From positions 19,468,001 to 19,532,000 of the forward strand of contig NC_043023.1 in NCBI RefSeq assembly GCF_006345805.1: a DNA stretch of 64,000 nt, in the 5' to 3' direction. The translations under genes and the position numbers were made by a program. Below, one piece after another: positions 1-11,994 of this stretch. Every line of letters begins with the position of its first letter. Positions within the stretch are counted from its first letter, which is position 1. The notes below the pieces were generated by a model. That model was given only the letters and a program-made list of their open reading frames with translations. It searched no databases and was not told where the DNA came from. The stretch is from Octopus sinensis (lineage: Eukaryota).

Positions 1-62
1 GTACTTATTCTTTTGTAAAGCCTGGTAATCTGTTGGTGTCTTTTGCCAAACCGCTAAGTTAT

Positions 63-352
63 GTTCCTTCTCGAGCCATGCCTGGCTCATAAGGGCCGGT
101 TTCTTGGTGCATAGGTTCCCCACCTGGACGGGATGCCGGTCCATCGCAGGTGAGCTGCAAGATGCAGGAGGAAAGAGTGAGAGAAAGTTGTGGCGAAAGA
201 GTCAGCAGAGGTTTTGCCATTACCTTCTGCCGGAACCGCATGGAGCTTAGGTGTTTCGCTCATAAACACACACATCGCCCGGTCTAAGATTCGAACCCGC
301 AATCTCTCGACTGCAAGTCCACTGCTCTAACCACTAGGCCATGTGCCTCCAC
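63..352 (-). mobile_element. tRNA-derived SINE inserted into the tail of another SINE
   Basis: Minus-strand head GGCACATGGCCTAGTGGTTAGAGC...GGGTTCGAATC (A and B boxes). 8-bp TSD TAAGTTAT at 55-62 and 353-360. Partial copy at ~38255-38375. Confidence 0.8.
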
Positions 353-778
353 TAAGTTATGGGGATATAAACACACCAACAATGATTGTCAAGTGGTGGT
401 GAGGGACAAACACAAACACAAAGACACACACAACGGGTTTCTTTGAGCTTTCTTCTACCAAATCCACTCTCGAGGATTTGGTTGGCCCAAGGCTATAACA
501 AGGGACCTTTTGCCCAACGTGCCAAACAGTGTGACTGAACCTGGAACCATGTGTTGGGAAGCATACCTTTTACCACACAACCACGCCTATGCCTGCTCCA
601 CACCCAATTTCCTCCTTGAGATAAAACCCACCACCCTACATCTCTCTAACTGCAGTATTCTGCTGCTATAATTACATCTGAACTGACCTGCTTACTTCAT
701 CAGTTCTTCCTTGATACCATTTATCTTTCTCACTTCCCAGAACCATTTTATTCAACATTCCATCCTTCTTATTTTTAA

Positions 779-999
779 CCCTTTAGTGTTCGCATTATTC
801 TGCCAAAATTAATCCCTTTTTATCCAAATTGTTTTGAACTAATCATGCATTATCTTGTAGCTATGAGATTTTGATGAGGTAGCTGTTAATTTTTAAAACG
901 ATATTGTAGGGCTGGTGTGAGAGACCAGATCTGGCCAGTTTGAACATAAAACAGGCAGAATATTTTTGGCCGGATATGGCCAGTTTAAACGCTAAAGGG
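779..999. mobile_element. piggyBac-type MITE, family 1
   Basis: TTAA at 775-778 and 1000-1003; TIR CCCTTTAGyGTT. Related copies at ~8470-8655, ~11727-11930, ~45300-45380, ~47340-47482 and 48055-48272. Confidence 0.85.
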
Positions 1000-1164
1000 T
1001 TAATCTCCACTAGTGCTTTTCAGTGATTACACCTCTGTGGTCACCAAATTAACTCTCTCTCTCTCTCTCCCCATTATAATGCTCGTCCCATATGCTTACA
1101 ACCTTGTTCTCTCATCCTCTTCTATCTCTCTTTTTATCACATCCCTCCTCACTCTTACCCTATC

Positions 1165-1577
1165 TACTCTTTTACTCTTTTTACTCTTTTACTTGTTTCA
1201 GTCATTTGACTGCGGCCATGCTGGAGCACCGCCTTTAATCGAGCAACTCGACCCCGGGACTTATTCTTTTTGAAAACCCAGTACTTATTCTATCGGTCTC
1301 TTTTGCCGAACTGCTAAGTAACGGGGACATAAACACACCAGCATCGGTTGTCAAGCAATGCTAGGGGGACAAACACACACACACAAACACACACACGCAT
1401 ATATATATATATGACGGGCTTCTTTCAGTTTCCGTCTACCAAATCCACTCACAAGGCTTTGGTTGGCCCGGGGCTATAGTAGAAGACACTTGCCCAAGGT
1501 GCCGCGCAGTGGGACTGAACCCGGAACCATGTGGTTGGTAAACAAGCTACTTACCACACAGCCACTCCTGCGCCTAC
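1165..1577 (-). mobile_element. Abundant composite tRNA/CORE-like SINE with internal (TA)n/(TG)n and (AAAAGAGT)n tail
   Basis: Head AGGCGCAGGAGTGGCTGTGTGGTAAG...GGTTCAGTCCC, then CORE-like CCTTGGGCAAG. Further copies at ~5712-5880(+), 6195-6608(-), 14215-14545(+), 15295-15620(+), 16515-17036(-), 19171-19501(-), 24020-24607(-), 36760-37155(-), 37660-38062(-), 43360-43755(+), 44525-45035(+), 61625-62028(-). Confidence 0.9.
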
Positions 1578-1813
1578 TGTTTTTTTTATTATTATTATTA
1601 TTGTTTGCTGGACAAAATGCTTAGCGATATTTCATCTATCGCTATGTTTGGAGTTCAAATTCTGCCGTGGTCGACTTTGCTTTTCATCCTTTCAGGGTCG
1701 ATAAATTAAGTATCAGTGAAACACTGGGGTTGATGTAATCAACTAGTCCCCTCCCCCAAAATTTCAGGCCTTGTGTCTTTGGTAGTAAGGATTATCATTC
1801 TTTTTTATTGTCT

Positions 1814-2030
1814 AAGGCAGCGAGCTGGCAGAACCGTTAGCACGTCGGGCGAAATGCTTAGCGATATTTCATCTGCCGCTACGTTCTGAGTTCAAATTCC
1901 ACCGAGGTCGACTTTGCCTTTCATCCTTTCGAGGTTGATTACGCACTGGGGTCGATATAATCGACTTAATCCGTTTGTCCTTGTTTGTCCCCTCTGTGTG
2001 TAACCCCTTGTGGGCAGTAAAGAAATAGGA
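1814..2030 (+). mobile_element. Second abundant tRNA-derived SINE family
   Basis: A box GAGCTGGCAGAA, B box GAGTTCAAATTCC, central GACTTTGCCTTTCATCCTTTCGGGGTCGATAAA, (ATT)n tail. Many more copies, e.g. ~1600-1790, 23265-23480, 26975-27540, 35595-35800, 36100-36720, 49265-49890, 52110-52540, 54790-54980, 59040-59450, 61000-61620. Confidence 0.85.
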
Positions 2031-2589
2031 TTATTATTATATGTTTGGCTTTTGCTTTGTATTTATTGAAATTGCACAAACATATACGACAGGCTTCTTT
2101 TCAGTTTCCATCTACCAAATCCATTTACAAGGCTTTGGTTGGTCCGAGGCTATAGTAGAAGACACTTGCCCAAGGTGCCACACAGTGGGACTGAACCCGG
2201 AATCATGTGGTTGGTAAGCAAGCTACTTACCACTGAAAAATGTTTTGTTTTTTCAAATACTTCACTTTTTTCTAAATTAAGCCTTTCCTTAGCTATCAGG
2301 AAAACAGTGCTAATGCAAGAAAATGTGAGGCGTTAATGTGGTCACTTGAGATGCTAGAAATGGAAGCTTGAAAAATAATTTTTTTTTTCCCCAAATGTCA
2401 TTTTTTGCAATTGAAATTTCAAATTGTAAACAACTTTGAATGATACGAACTCTATAGTTGCACTTAAAGAAATATAATAAACACTTGATTTTTAGTAAAT
2501 TCTCGAAAACGTTTCCAGTTGCTGACGTTTTTTGCTCTGACTTTATATTACAAAGTAAAATTGTTTTGATTCAACAGTGATGTTGTATA

Positions 2590-3160
2590 TCATCATCATT
2601 TAATGTCCATTCTCCATGCTAGCATGGGTTGGACGGTTCGACTGGGGATCTGGGAAGCCAGAAGGCTGCACCAGGCTCCGGTCTTATCTGGCAATGTTTC
2701 TACAGCTGGATGCCCTTCCTAACGCCAACCACTCCGTGAGTGTAGTGGGTGCTTTTTACGTGCCACCTGCACTGGTGCCAGGCGAGGCTGGCATCGGCCA
2801 TGGTCGGATTGGTGCATTTTACGTGCCACCGGCACGGAAGCCAGTCCGGGTGGCGCTGGCATCGGCCTCGATTCGGATGGTGCTTTTAACGTGCCACCGA
2901 CACAGAAGCCAGTCGAGGCGGCGCTGGCTTCGGCCACGATTCGGATGGTGCTTTTTACATGCCACTGACACAGAAGCCAGTCGAGGCGGCGCTGGCTTCG
3001 GCCACGATTCGGATGGTGCTTTTTACGTGCCGTCGAGGCGGCGCTGGCTTCGGCCATGATTTGGATGGTGCTTTTTATGTATCTCCAGTCCAGGGGTCCT
3101 GGCATTTGCCGGGTGCCAGCCATAGGATTGGTTCAATTCCGATTTCGATTTCACTTAGTT
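2590..3160 (-). mobile_element. 5'-truncated RTE-clade LINE 3' UTR with (ATG)n tail and internal tandem repeats
   Basis: Recurrent GGTTGGCGTTAGGAAGGGCATCCAGCTGTAGAAAC...CATGCTAGCATGGAAA...TTAAATGATGATG (element sense). Linked to an RTE ORF end in the copies at 53945-54590 and 56900-58345. More than 20 copies in the window. Confidence 0.75.
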
Positions 3161-3287
3161 TCAGAAAGTAACAAGTAATATATAAAGTGGTTTGTCAATC
3201 TGCCTCATGGTCCATCATCATTTGATGTCTGCTTTCCTTGCTGGCATGAGTTGGATGGTTTGACAGGAGCTAGCTAGGTAGAAGACT

Positions 3288-3673
3288 GTGGAGGCGCAAT
3301 GGCCCAGTGGTTAGGGCAGCGGACTCGCGGTCATAGGATCGCGGTTTCGATTCCCAGACCGGGCGTTGTGAGTGTTTATTGAGCGAAAACATCTAAAAGC
3401 TCCACGAGGCTCCGGCAGGGGATGGTGGTGATCCCTGCTGTACTCTTTCACCACAACTTTCTCTCACTCTTACTTCCTGTTTCTGTTGTACCTGTATTTC
3501 AAGGGGCCGGCCTTGTCACTCTCTGTGTCACGCTGAATATCCCCGAGAACTACGTTAAGGGTACACGTGTCTGTGGAGTGCTCAGCCACTTACACATTAA
3601 TTTCATGAGCAGGCTGTTCCGTTGATTCGGATCAACCGGAACCCTCGTCGTCGGAACCGACGGAGTGCTTCCA
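3288..3673 (+). mobile_element. Full-length tRNA-derived SINE (third family)
   Basis: Head GGCGCAATGGCCCAGTGGTTAGGGC...GGTTTCGATTCCC. TSD AGGTAGAAGACT at 3276-3287 and 3678-3689. Second copy at 19862-20444 (-). Confidence 0.88.
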
Positions 3674-4109
3674 TCTAAGGTAGAAGACTGCATCAGGCCT
3701 CGGTGTCTGTTTTGGCAGGGATTTTTAACGGCTGGATGCCCTTCCTAACACCAACCACTCTGCAGAGTGGACTGAGTGCTTTTTACGTGGCACCAGTACA
3801 GGCAAAGTTGGTTTTGGCATGGTTTTTACAGCTGGATGCCCTTCCAAACACCAACCACTTCACTGTGTGGACTGGATGCTTTTTATGTGGCACCAACACT
3901 GACAGGGTCACCGAGTAACTTGCCAGACAAGGATCCTTTTAGAGGAGATGTGGCATTTGAGGAGGTGATCTTGTACCAGATGATGACAGGTTAGAGTGTG
4001 ACAGAGAGACAGAATCAGGTGTCCTGCTGTAGAGGAGGTACATGGTTACCCTGTCAGAGAGAGAGAGAGATCAAGAATGAGGGCAGAAGGAAGTGGCTTG
4101 CTGTAGAGA

Positions 4110-5065
4110 TATTCCTGCGGACAAAATGGAAAAGCATTGCTCTGGAGGATGGTGAGGGAGATCTGCTGCAACAACCACCTTGACTCACGGGGCTTGTACT
4201 TGCAGATAGCCATCTGTGCTCTGATAGTGGTGAGCAGGGATGTGGTCTGGGGGCCAAGAATGCCAGAGGTCTCCGTTACCACAGGCTCAACCACAAAACC
4301 GTCAGAGAGTGGATGATACTTCAACAGCTTGTCCTTCTTGGTCTGATGAGCAACGGATCCTAAGCTGGTAGCTGAATATACCAAGTTGCTGCTGGAGAAG
4401 GTGTTACAGCATGTAGTATCCCAGATGAGGGTCCTACTGCTAAGGAAAAAATTGTCATACTTATCAGGCCTTTTACCATTCCCTCATCATCATCATCTTC
4501 GTTTAGCGTCCGTTCTCCATGCTAGCGTGGGTTGGATGGTTCAACTGGGGTCTGAGAAGCCAGAAGGCTTCATCAGGCCCAGTCAGATCTGGCAATGTTT
4601 CTACGGCTGGATGCACTTCCTAATGCCAACCACTCCGTGAGTGTAGTGGGTGCTTTTTACGTGCCACTGGCACGGGGGCCAGGCGAGGCTGGCAAACGGC
4701 CATGTTCGGATGGTGCTTTTTACGTGTCACTGGCACGGGGGCCAGGCGAGGCTGGCAAACGGCCACGAACGGATGGTACTTTTTACGTGCCACCGGCACG
4801 GGGGCCAGGCGAGGCTGGCAACGGCCAGTCTAGCCCAATTGGCTCGAGCTGGAAAGGAAAGCCTGTGGAATCTAGGCCCTACTTTACAATCTCATTGAGA
4901 GTAGCATTATGTGGAAGGCAGCCAGCACTATACCGGTATCACAAAAGGTGGAGCCCAAAAGGATCCACAGTGGATCTGCAGCGGCATTTATAAGACTCAT
5001 AGATCTAGAGGTCAAGCCTCAGGGAAATGTCAATGTGCAGACAGTTGCTATCGAGCTGAGTGACT
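4110..5065 (-). mobile_element. CRE-clade-like non-LTR retrotransposon 3' fragment (Zn knuckle + restriction-like endonuclease), interrupted by an RTE 3' UTR at ~4483-4822
   Basis: Degenerate minus-strand translation ...CRCRSTVDPFGLHLL...LNEIVK...LEPIGLD / GKRPD...TLIWDTTC...KYHPLSDGFVVEPVVTETSG...LLQQISLTILQSNA, matching the CRE-type RLE domain pattern. Confidence 0.7.
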
Positions 5066-5103
5066 GTCATAGAAAAATATACCATTATTATTGTGATTTT
5101 AAA

Positions 5104-5325
5104 CCCTTTTGTTAGCATATTTCTGTTGAGATGCTCTGTGTTTCTTTCAATTAATTTTAAATATAACAAAGAATTTAGTAAAATAACTTAGTTATCATTC
5201 AGCTAGTGTTAGGAACATAAATTGTGACTAAGGTTTGGTGGAAGATTTTAATTCAAAATTTATGAAAACAAGACATTTGTACTACAGAGCCAGAGGCAGT
5301 TTCAGCCAGGCTGATATCAAAAGGG
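5104..5325. mobile_element. piggyBac-type MITE, family 2
   Basis: Ends CCCTTTTG...CAAAAGGG, flanked by TTAA-like sites (ttaaa / ttag). Confidence 0.7.
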
Positions 5326-5680
5326 TTAGACTTCATGTTACATATCAGTTGGCTTGGACTGTTCATATAATTTAAAATGTTTTGTATATGACCTCAGAGA
5401 GATGTGTTACGTTGTTGTTGAGTATAATGTATACCTGTAGACTTCTGGTTAAACAATTTGAAGAAAAGTCTGTATTTTAACAGAATACATATAGGTGTGT
5501 ATGAATGTTGGTATATATATGTAAACAACTCATAACCACAATAATGTACCGTCTTATTGACTTATAAGACAGTGTGTTATTGTGGCTATGAGCTTTTGAC
5601 TCAAGCTGAATAGAGCCCTCAGTCATTTTAGTGACGTATATAGTTTTACCTTTCGGTTGAAAAGTTGCTAACAAATTTTT

Positions 5681-5712
<32 letters not shown>

Positions 5713-5877
5713 GGCATAGGAGTGGCTGTGTGGTAAGTAGCTTGTTTACCAACCACATGGTTCCGGGTTCAGTCCCACTGCGTGGCACCTTGGGCAAGTG
5801 TCTTCTACTATAGCCTCGGGCCGACCACAGCCTTGTGAGTGGATTTGGTAGACGGAAACTGAAAGAAGCCCGTCGTA

Positions 5878-5910
<33 letters not shown>

Positions 5911-6711
5911 TGTAATTATATGAGAGCAGGTCTGCATGTATTCATTTACCCTATCCCTTATTTATTAATTTTTTTTTTTGCAACAACCAATCCCTCTTCT
6001 TGGAACAGTTCCCCTTGCTAAACTTCCCCTATTCCCAACCTCACCCCTTACCTCTATTATGTCCACTAACCCCTTCTCCCCTCTGAACAAATCTTTTTTT
6101 ATGACTCACTATAACCCTATATACCATCTACCCTCCCCATCTCTGTCACAGCATCATCTCTCTCTTTCTCTCTATATATGTGTGTATATACTCTCTCTTT
6201 ACTCTCCCTTTTACTTGTTTCAGTCATTTGACTGCGGCCATGCTGGAGCACTGCCTTTAGTTGAGCAACTCGACCCCGGGACTTATTCGTTGTAAGCCCA
6301 TTACTTATTCTATCAGTCTCTTTTGCCGAACCGCTAAGTAACGGGGACGTAAACACACCAGCATCGGTTGTCAAGCAATGCTAGGGGGACAAACACAGAC
6401 ACACAAAGACACACACGCATATATATATATATATACATATATACGACAGGCTTCTTTCAGTTTCCGTCTACCAAATCCACTTACAAGGCATTGGTCGGCC
6501 CGAGGCTATAGTAGAAGACACTTGCCCAAGATGCCACGCAGTGGGACTGAACCCAGAACCATGTGGTTGGTTAGCAAGCTACTTACCACACAGCCACTCC
6601 TGCGCCTATGTATATATATATATATATTATATATCATCATCGTTTAACAGCTGCCTTCTATGCTGGTATGGGTGAGACATATACATATCTGTGTATGTGT
6701 GCGTTTACGTG

Positions 6712-7046
6712 ATGGTGCATGGTTCAGTGGTTAGAGCGATGGGCTCGCAATCATGAGGTAGTGAGTTGATTCCTGGACTGGGCTATGTACTGTGTTCTTG
6801 AGCACTTTATTTCACGTTGCTCCATTTCACTCAGCTGTAGAAATGAGTTGCGACTTCACTGGTTCCAAGCTGTATCGGCCCCTTTGCCTTTCACTTGGAT
6901 AACGTCTGTAGTGTGGAGAGGAGGGGCTGGTATGCATGGGCAACTGCTGGTCTTTCATAAACAACCTTGCCTGGACTTGTGCCTCGGAAGGTAACTTTCT
7001 AGGTGCAATCCCATGGTCATTCATGACCGAAGGGGTCTTTACCCTT
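6712..7046 (+). mobile_element. tRNA-derived SINE (fourth family)
   Basis: Head GGTGCATGGTTCAGTGGTTAGAGC...GAGTTGATTCC. Inverted copy of the body at ~58578-58840. Confidence 0.75.
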
Positions 7047-7116
7047 TATACACACAATTACATACACATAAATGTATGTATATATATTTGTGTTTGTGTG
7101 TGTGTATGTATGTATG

Positions 7117-7162
<46 letters not shown>

Positions 7163-8094
7163 CCTGCTCGCTTAGCCAGCGGGGTGGCGTCATTTGAAGG
7201 CTAAAACAATGCGAAGCGCATTGTGACCAGCGACGTGTAGCAGCATCTGATAGCCTGGTCGGTCACGGTGATCACTATATATATATATATATTATATCAT
7301 CATCGTTTAACGTCCGCTTTCCATGCTAGCATAGGTTGGACGATTTTGACTGAGGGCTGGCGAACCAGATTGGAGCCTGGTGCAGCCATCTGGTTCGCCA
7401 GTCCTCAGTCAAAATCGTCCAACCCATGCTAGCATGGAAAGCGGACGTTAAACGATGATGATGATGCTGTTCCAGCGTTGGGATTTGTCTGAGATGAGTG
7501 AGTGTGTATATGTATACACAAACCAAATGCAAATATGAACAATGATATTCATTCCCAGTTATAGCGCTACCCTGTCTGGACCCCGTGCCGGTGGCACGTA
7601 AAAAGCACCATCCGATCGTGGCCGTTTGCCAGCCTCGTCTAGCACCTGTGCAGGTAGCACGTAAAAAGCACCCACTTCACTCATGGAGTGGTTGGCGTTA
7701 GGAAGGGCATCCAGCTGTAGAAACACTGCCAGATCAGACTGGGCCTGGTGCAGCCTCCTGGCTTCCCAGACCCCAGTTGAACCGTCCAACCCATGCTAGC
7801 ATGGAAAACGAACACTAAATGATGATGATGAGAGAGAGAAGACGGTATATACATAGATTGGATAAGCTTCTCATTTCACAAAACTTTAAAGCCCCTATTA
7901 TTTCTGCAAAATGTGTATGACCATGAGGGCAGAAATATTATCTTGCTTGGAAACAGGTGAGGATCGGCAACAGGGAGGGCATCCAGCTATTGTAAGCCTA
8001 CCTCAATAAACTGTCTGACCCATGCAAGCATGGAAAAGTGGATGTTAAAACGACTATGATTATGATGTGTCTCTGATTGATTTTTACTATGAGA

Positions 8095-8275
8095 ACTAGG
8101 TCATCACCATTACAGAAGTTCTCACAGACAAACTTGTGTTAGACTCGTCTGTCGTGGCCTGGAGATGTACAGTAAACATAGCACGGCCGAGAGCCAATCC
8201 TTGATGTACACCTATGTGCTTACAGTATTCCTCTATGAACTCACCGCAAAACTCTCACATTGCTGACTTCATTTC
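8095..8275 (-). mobile_element. Degenerate RTE reverse-transcriptase fragment
   Basis: Frameshifted EWVIRAM...GVHQG...GDDLV, resembling RTE RT motifs GVHQGSVLSP and YADDL. Confidence 0.55.
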
Positions 8276-8654
8276 CATCCATGCCCTCCATGGCTCTGAT
8301 AACCCATTCATCTACACTTCAGTTTTTTTTTTTTGAGACTTTTAGACCATAGAAAATAGAGAGCAGATTCACATGTCAAGCGCCTTGAGGTTTTGTGCTT
8401 TACTAAGAACACCTGCAACGTGTAACCCTCTCACTAGGAAGAGGCCATCTATTGTATCCTGTCCTAGTGTAAGCTTAAACTGCTTCTTATCAAAGTTAAT
8501 TGTATATCTCGTAGCTTCAAAATTTTAATTATGTGATTGTTCATTTTGAAAATGACATTGTGGGGTAGGTGCGAGGCGCTAGAGTTGGCTTGTTTGAACG
8601 TTAAACAAGTAGAATATTCAGGCCGGATATGGCTGATTTAAATACTAAAGGCTT

Positions 8655-11600
8655 TTAATATTCCTATAAAACATCAGAGATGTCAATGGAATTATAATAG
8701 AAGACTAACACAAACTTTACCTTTCATTGTTGTGGGGTTGATAAAATAAAGTAGCAGTGATATACTGGGGTAGATTTAATATTCCTTGCATCCTTTAAAA
8801 CCTCCATGCTTCCTGAAATTCCCCAACACTACACCTGACACCCCCCCTCCATACACATACACACATGTATATCATGACTCATACACTGATAAAATAAAGT
8901 AGCAGTGATATACTGGGGTAGATTTAATATTCCTATAAAACATCCAAGATGTCAATGGAATTATAATAGAAGACTAACACTAACTTTACCTTTCATTGTT
9001 GTGGGGTTGATAAAATAAAGTAGCAGTGATATACTGGGGTAGATTTAATATTCCTATAAAACATCCAAGATGTCAATGGAATTATAATAGAAGACTAACA
9101 CTAACTTTACCTTTCTTTGTTGTGGGGTTGATAAAATAAAGTAGCAGTGATATACTGGGGTAGATTTAATATTCCTATAAAACATCCAAGATGTCAATGG
9201 AATTATAATAGAAGACTAACACTAACTTTACCTTTCATTGTTGTGGGGTTGATAAAATAAAGTAGCAGTGATATACTGGGGTAGATTTAATATCCTATAA
9301 AACATCCAAGATGTCAATGGAATTATAATAGAAGACTAACACTAACTTTACCTTTCTTTGTTGTGGGGTTGATAAAATAAAGTAGCAGTGATATACTGGG
9401 GTAGATTTAATATTCCTATAAAACATCCAAGATGTCAATGGAATTATAATAGAAGACTAACACAAACTTTACCTTTCATTGTTGTGGGGTTGATAAAATA
9501 AAGTAGCAGTGATATACTGGGGTAGATTTAATATTCCTTGCATCCTTTAAAACCTCCATGCTTCCTGAAATTCCCCAACACTACACCTGACACCCCCCCT
9601 CCATACACATACACACTGTATATCATGACTCATACACTGATAAAATAAAGTAGCAGTGATATACTGGGGTAGATTTAATATTCCTATAAAACATCAGAGA
9701 TGTCAATGGAATTATAATAGAAGACTAACACTAACTTTACTTTCATTGTTGTGGGGTTGATAAAATAAAGTAGCAGTGATATACTGGGGTAGATTTAATA
9801 TTCCTATAAAACATCCAAGATGTCAATGGAATTATAATAGAAGACTAACACTAACTTTACCTTTCTTTGTTGTGGGGTTGATAAAATAAAGTAGCAGTGA
9901 TATACTGGGGTAGATTTAATATTCCTATAAAACATCCAAGATGTCAATGGAATTATAATAGAAGACTAACACTAACTTTACCTTTCATTGTTGTGGGGTT
10001 GATAAAATAAAGTAGCAGTGATATACTGGGGTAGATTTAATATTCCTATAAAACATCCAAGATGTCAATGGAATTATAATAGAAGACTAACACTAACTTT
10101 ACCTTTCTTTGTTGTGGGGTTGATAAAATAAAGTAGCAGTGATATACTGGGGTAGATTTAATATTCCTATAAAACATCCAAGATGTCAATGGAATTATAA
10201 TAGAAGACTAACACTAACTTTACCTTTCATTGTTGTGGGGTTGATAAAATAAAGTAGCAGTGATATACTGGGGTAGATTTAATATTCCTATAAAACATCC
10301 AAGATGTCAATGGAATTATAATAGAAGACTAACACTAACTTTACCTTTCATTGTTGTGGGGTTGATAAAATAAAGTAGCAGTGATATACTGGGGTAGATT
10401 TAATATTCCTATAAAACATCCAAGATGTCAATGGAATTATAATAGAAGACTAACACTAACTTTACCTTTCATTGTTGTGGGGTTGATAAAAAAAGTAGCA
10501 GTGATATACTGGGGTAGATTTAATATTCCTATAAAACATCCAAGATGTCAATGGAATTATAATAGAAGACTAACACTAACTTTACCTTTCTTTGTTGTGG
10601 GGTTGATAAAATAAAGTAGCAGTGATATACTGGGGTAGATTTAATATTCCTATAAAACATCCAAGATGTCAATGGAATTATAATAGAAGACTAACACTAA
10701 CTTTACCTTTCATTGTTGTGGGGTTGATAAAATAAAGTAGCAGTGATATACTGGGGTAGATTTAATATTTCTATAAAACATCCGAGATGTCAATGGAATT
10801 ATAATAGAAGACTAACACTAACTTTACCTTTCATTGTTGTGGGGTTGATAAAATAAAGTAGCAGTGATATACTGGGGTAGATTTAATATTCCTATAAAAC
10901 ATCCGAGATGTCAATGGAATTATAATAGAAGACTAACACTAACTTTACCTTTCATTGTTGTGGGGTTGATAAAATAAAGTAGCAGTGATATACTGGGGTA
11001 GATTTAATATTCCTATAAAACATCCAAGATGTCAATGGAATTATAATAGAAGACTAACACTAACTTTACCTTTCTTGTTGTGGGGTTGATAAAATAAAGT
11101 AGCAGTGATATACTGGGGTAGATTTAATATTCCTATAAAACATCCAAGATGTCAATGGAATATAATAGAAGACTAACACTAACTTTACCTTCATTGTTGT
11201 GGGGTTGATAAAATAAAGTAGCAGTGATATACTGGGGTAGATTAATATTCCTATAAAACATCCGAGATGTCAATGGAATTATAATAGAAGACTAACACTA
11301 ACTTTACCTTTCATGTTGTGGGGTTGATAAAAAAAGTAGCAGTGATATACTGGGGTAGATTTAATATTCCTATAAAACATCCAAGATGTCAATGGAATTA
11401 TAATAGAAGACTAACACTAACTTTACCTTTCTTTGTTGTGGGGTTGATAAAATAAGTAGCAGTGATACTGGGGTAGATTTAATATTCCTATAAAACATCT
11501 GAGATGTCAATGGAATTATAATAGAAGACTAACACTAACTTTACCTTTCATTGTTGTGGGGTTGATAAAATAAAGTAGCAGTGATATACTGGGGTAGATT

Positions 11601-11716
11601 TAATATTCCTATAAAACATCCAAGATGTCAATGGAATTATAATAGAAGACTAACACTAACTTTACCTTTCATTGTTGTGGGGTTGATAAAATAAAGTAGC
11701 AGTGATATACTGGGGT
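8655..11716. repeat. 121-bp tandem array (~23-24 units), partly SINE-derived
   Basis: Period 121 bp (TGATAAAATAAAG at 8887, 9008, 9129, 9250...). About half the unit is a diverged piece of the second SINE family. CR1 3' fragments are embedded at ~8772-8886 and ~9534-9636. Confidence 0.95.
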
Positions 11717-11994
11717 TGATTTAATCCTTAAGCATTCAGATTGCTCTCTCAAATGTAATGCTTATGTATTTGTATTGTTTTAAACTAATCGTGCATTATC
11801 TCATAGTTTTGAGATTTCGATGATGTGTTTATTTTAGAATAACATTGTAGGGGAAGTGGGAGAAGTCAGATCTGATCGATTTGACGATAAAACAGGTAGA
11901 ATATTTTGCTTGATTTAAATGCTAACGTGTTAATTTTCCAGGCATGGTATCTCAGTTATTCACATTTATATGCATGCACAAACTTGAAAAACGC

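Noticed and set aside
3291-3365. tRNA-like sequences here and at other SINE heads
   Set aside because: They continue into SINE bodies with TSDs and lack a clean cloverleaf and Pol III terminator; not tRNA genes.
8655-11716. CRISPR-like appearance of the regular 121-bp array (also the 123-, 89- and 100-bp arrays)
   Set aside because: Units are repeated in full with no unique spacers, there are no cas genes, and the context is a eukaryotic intron-containing locus.
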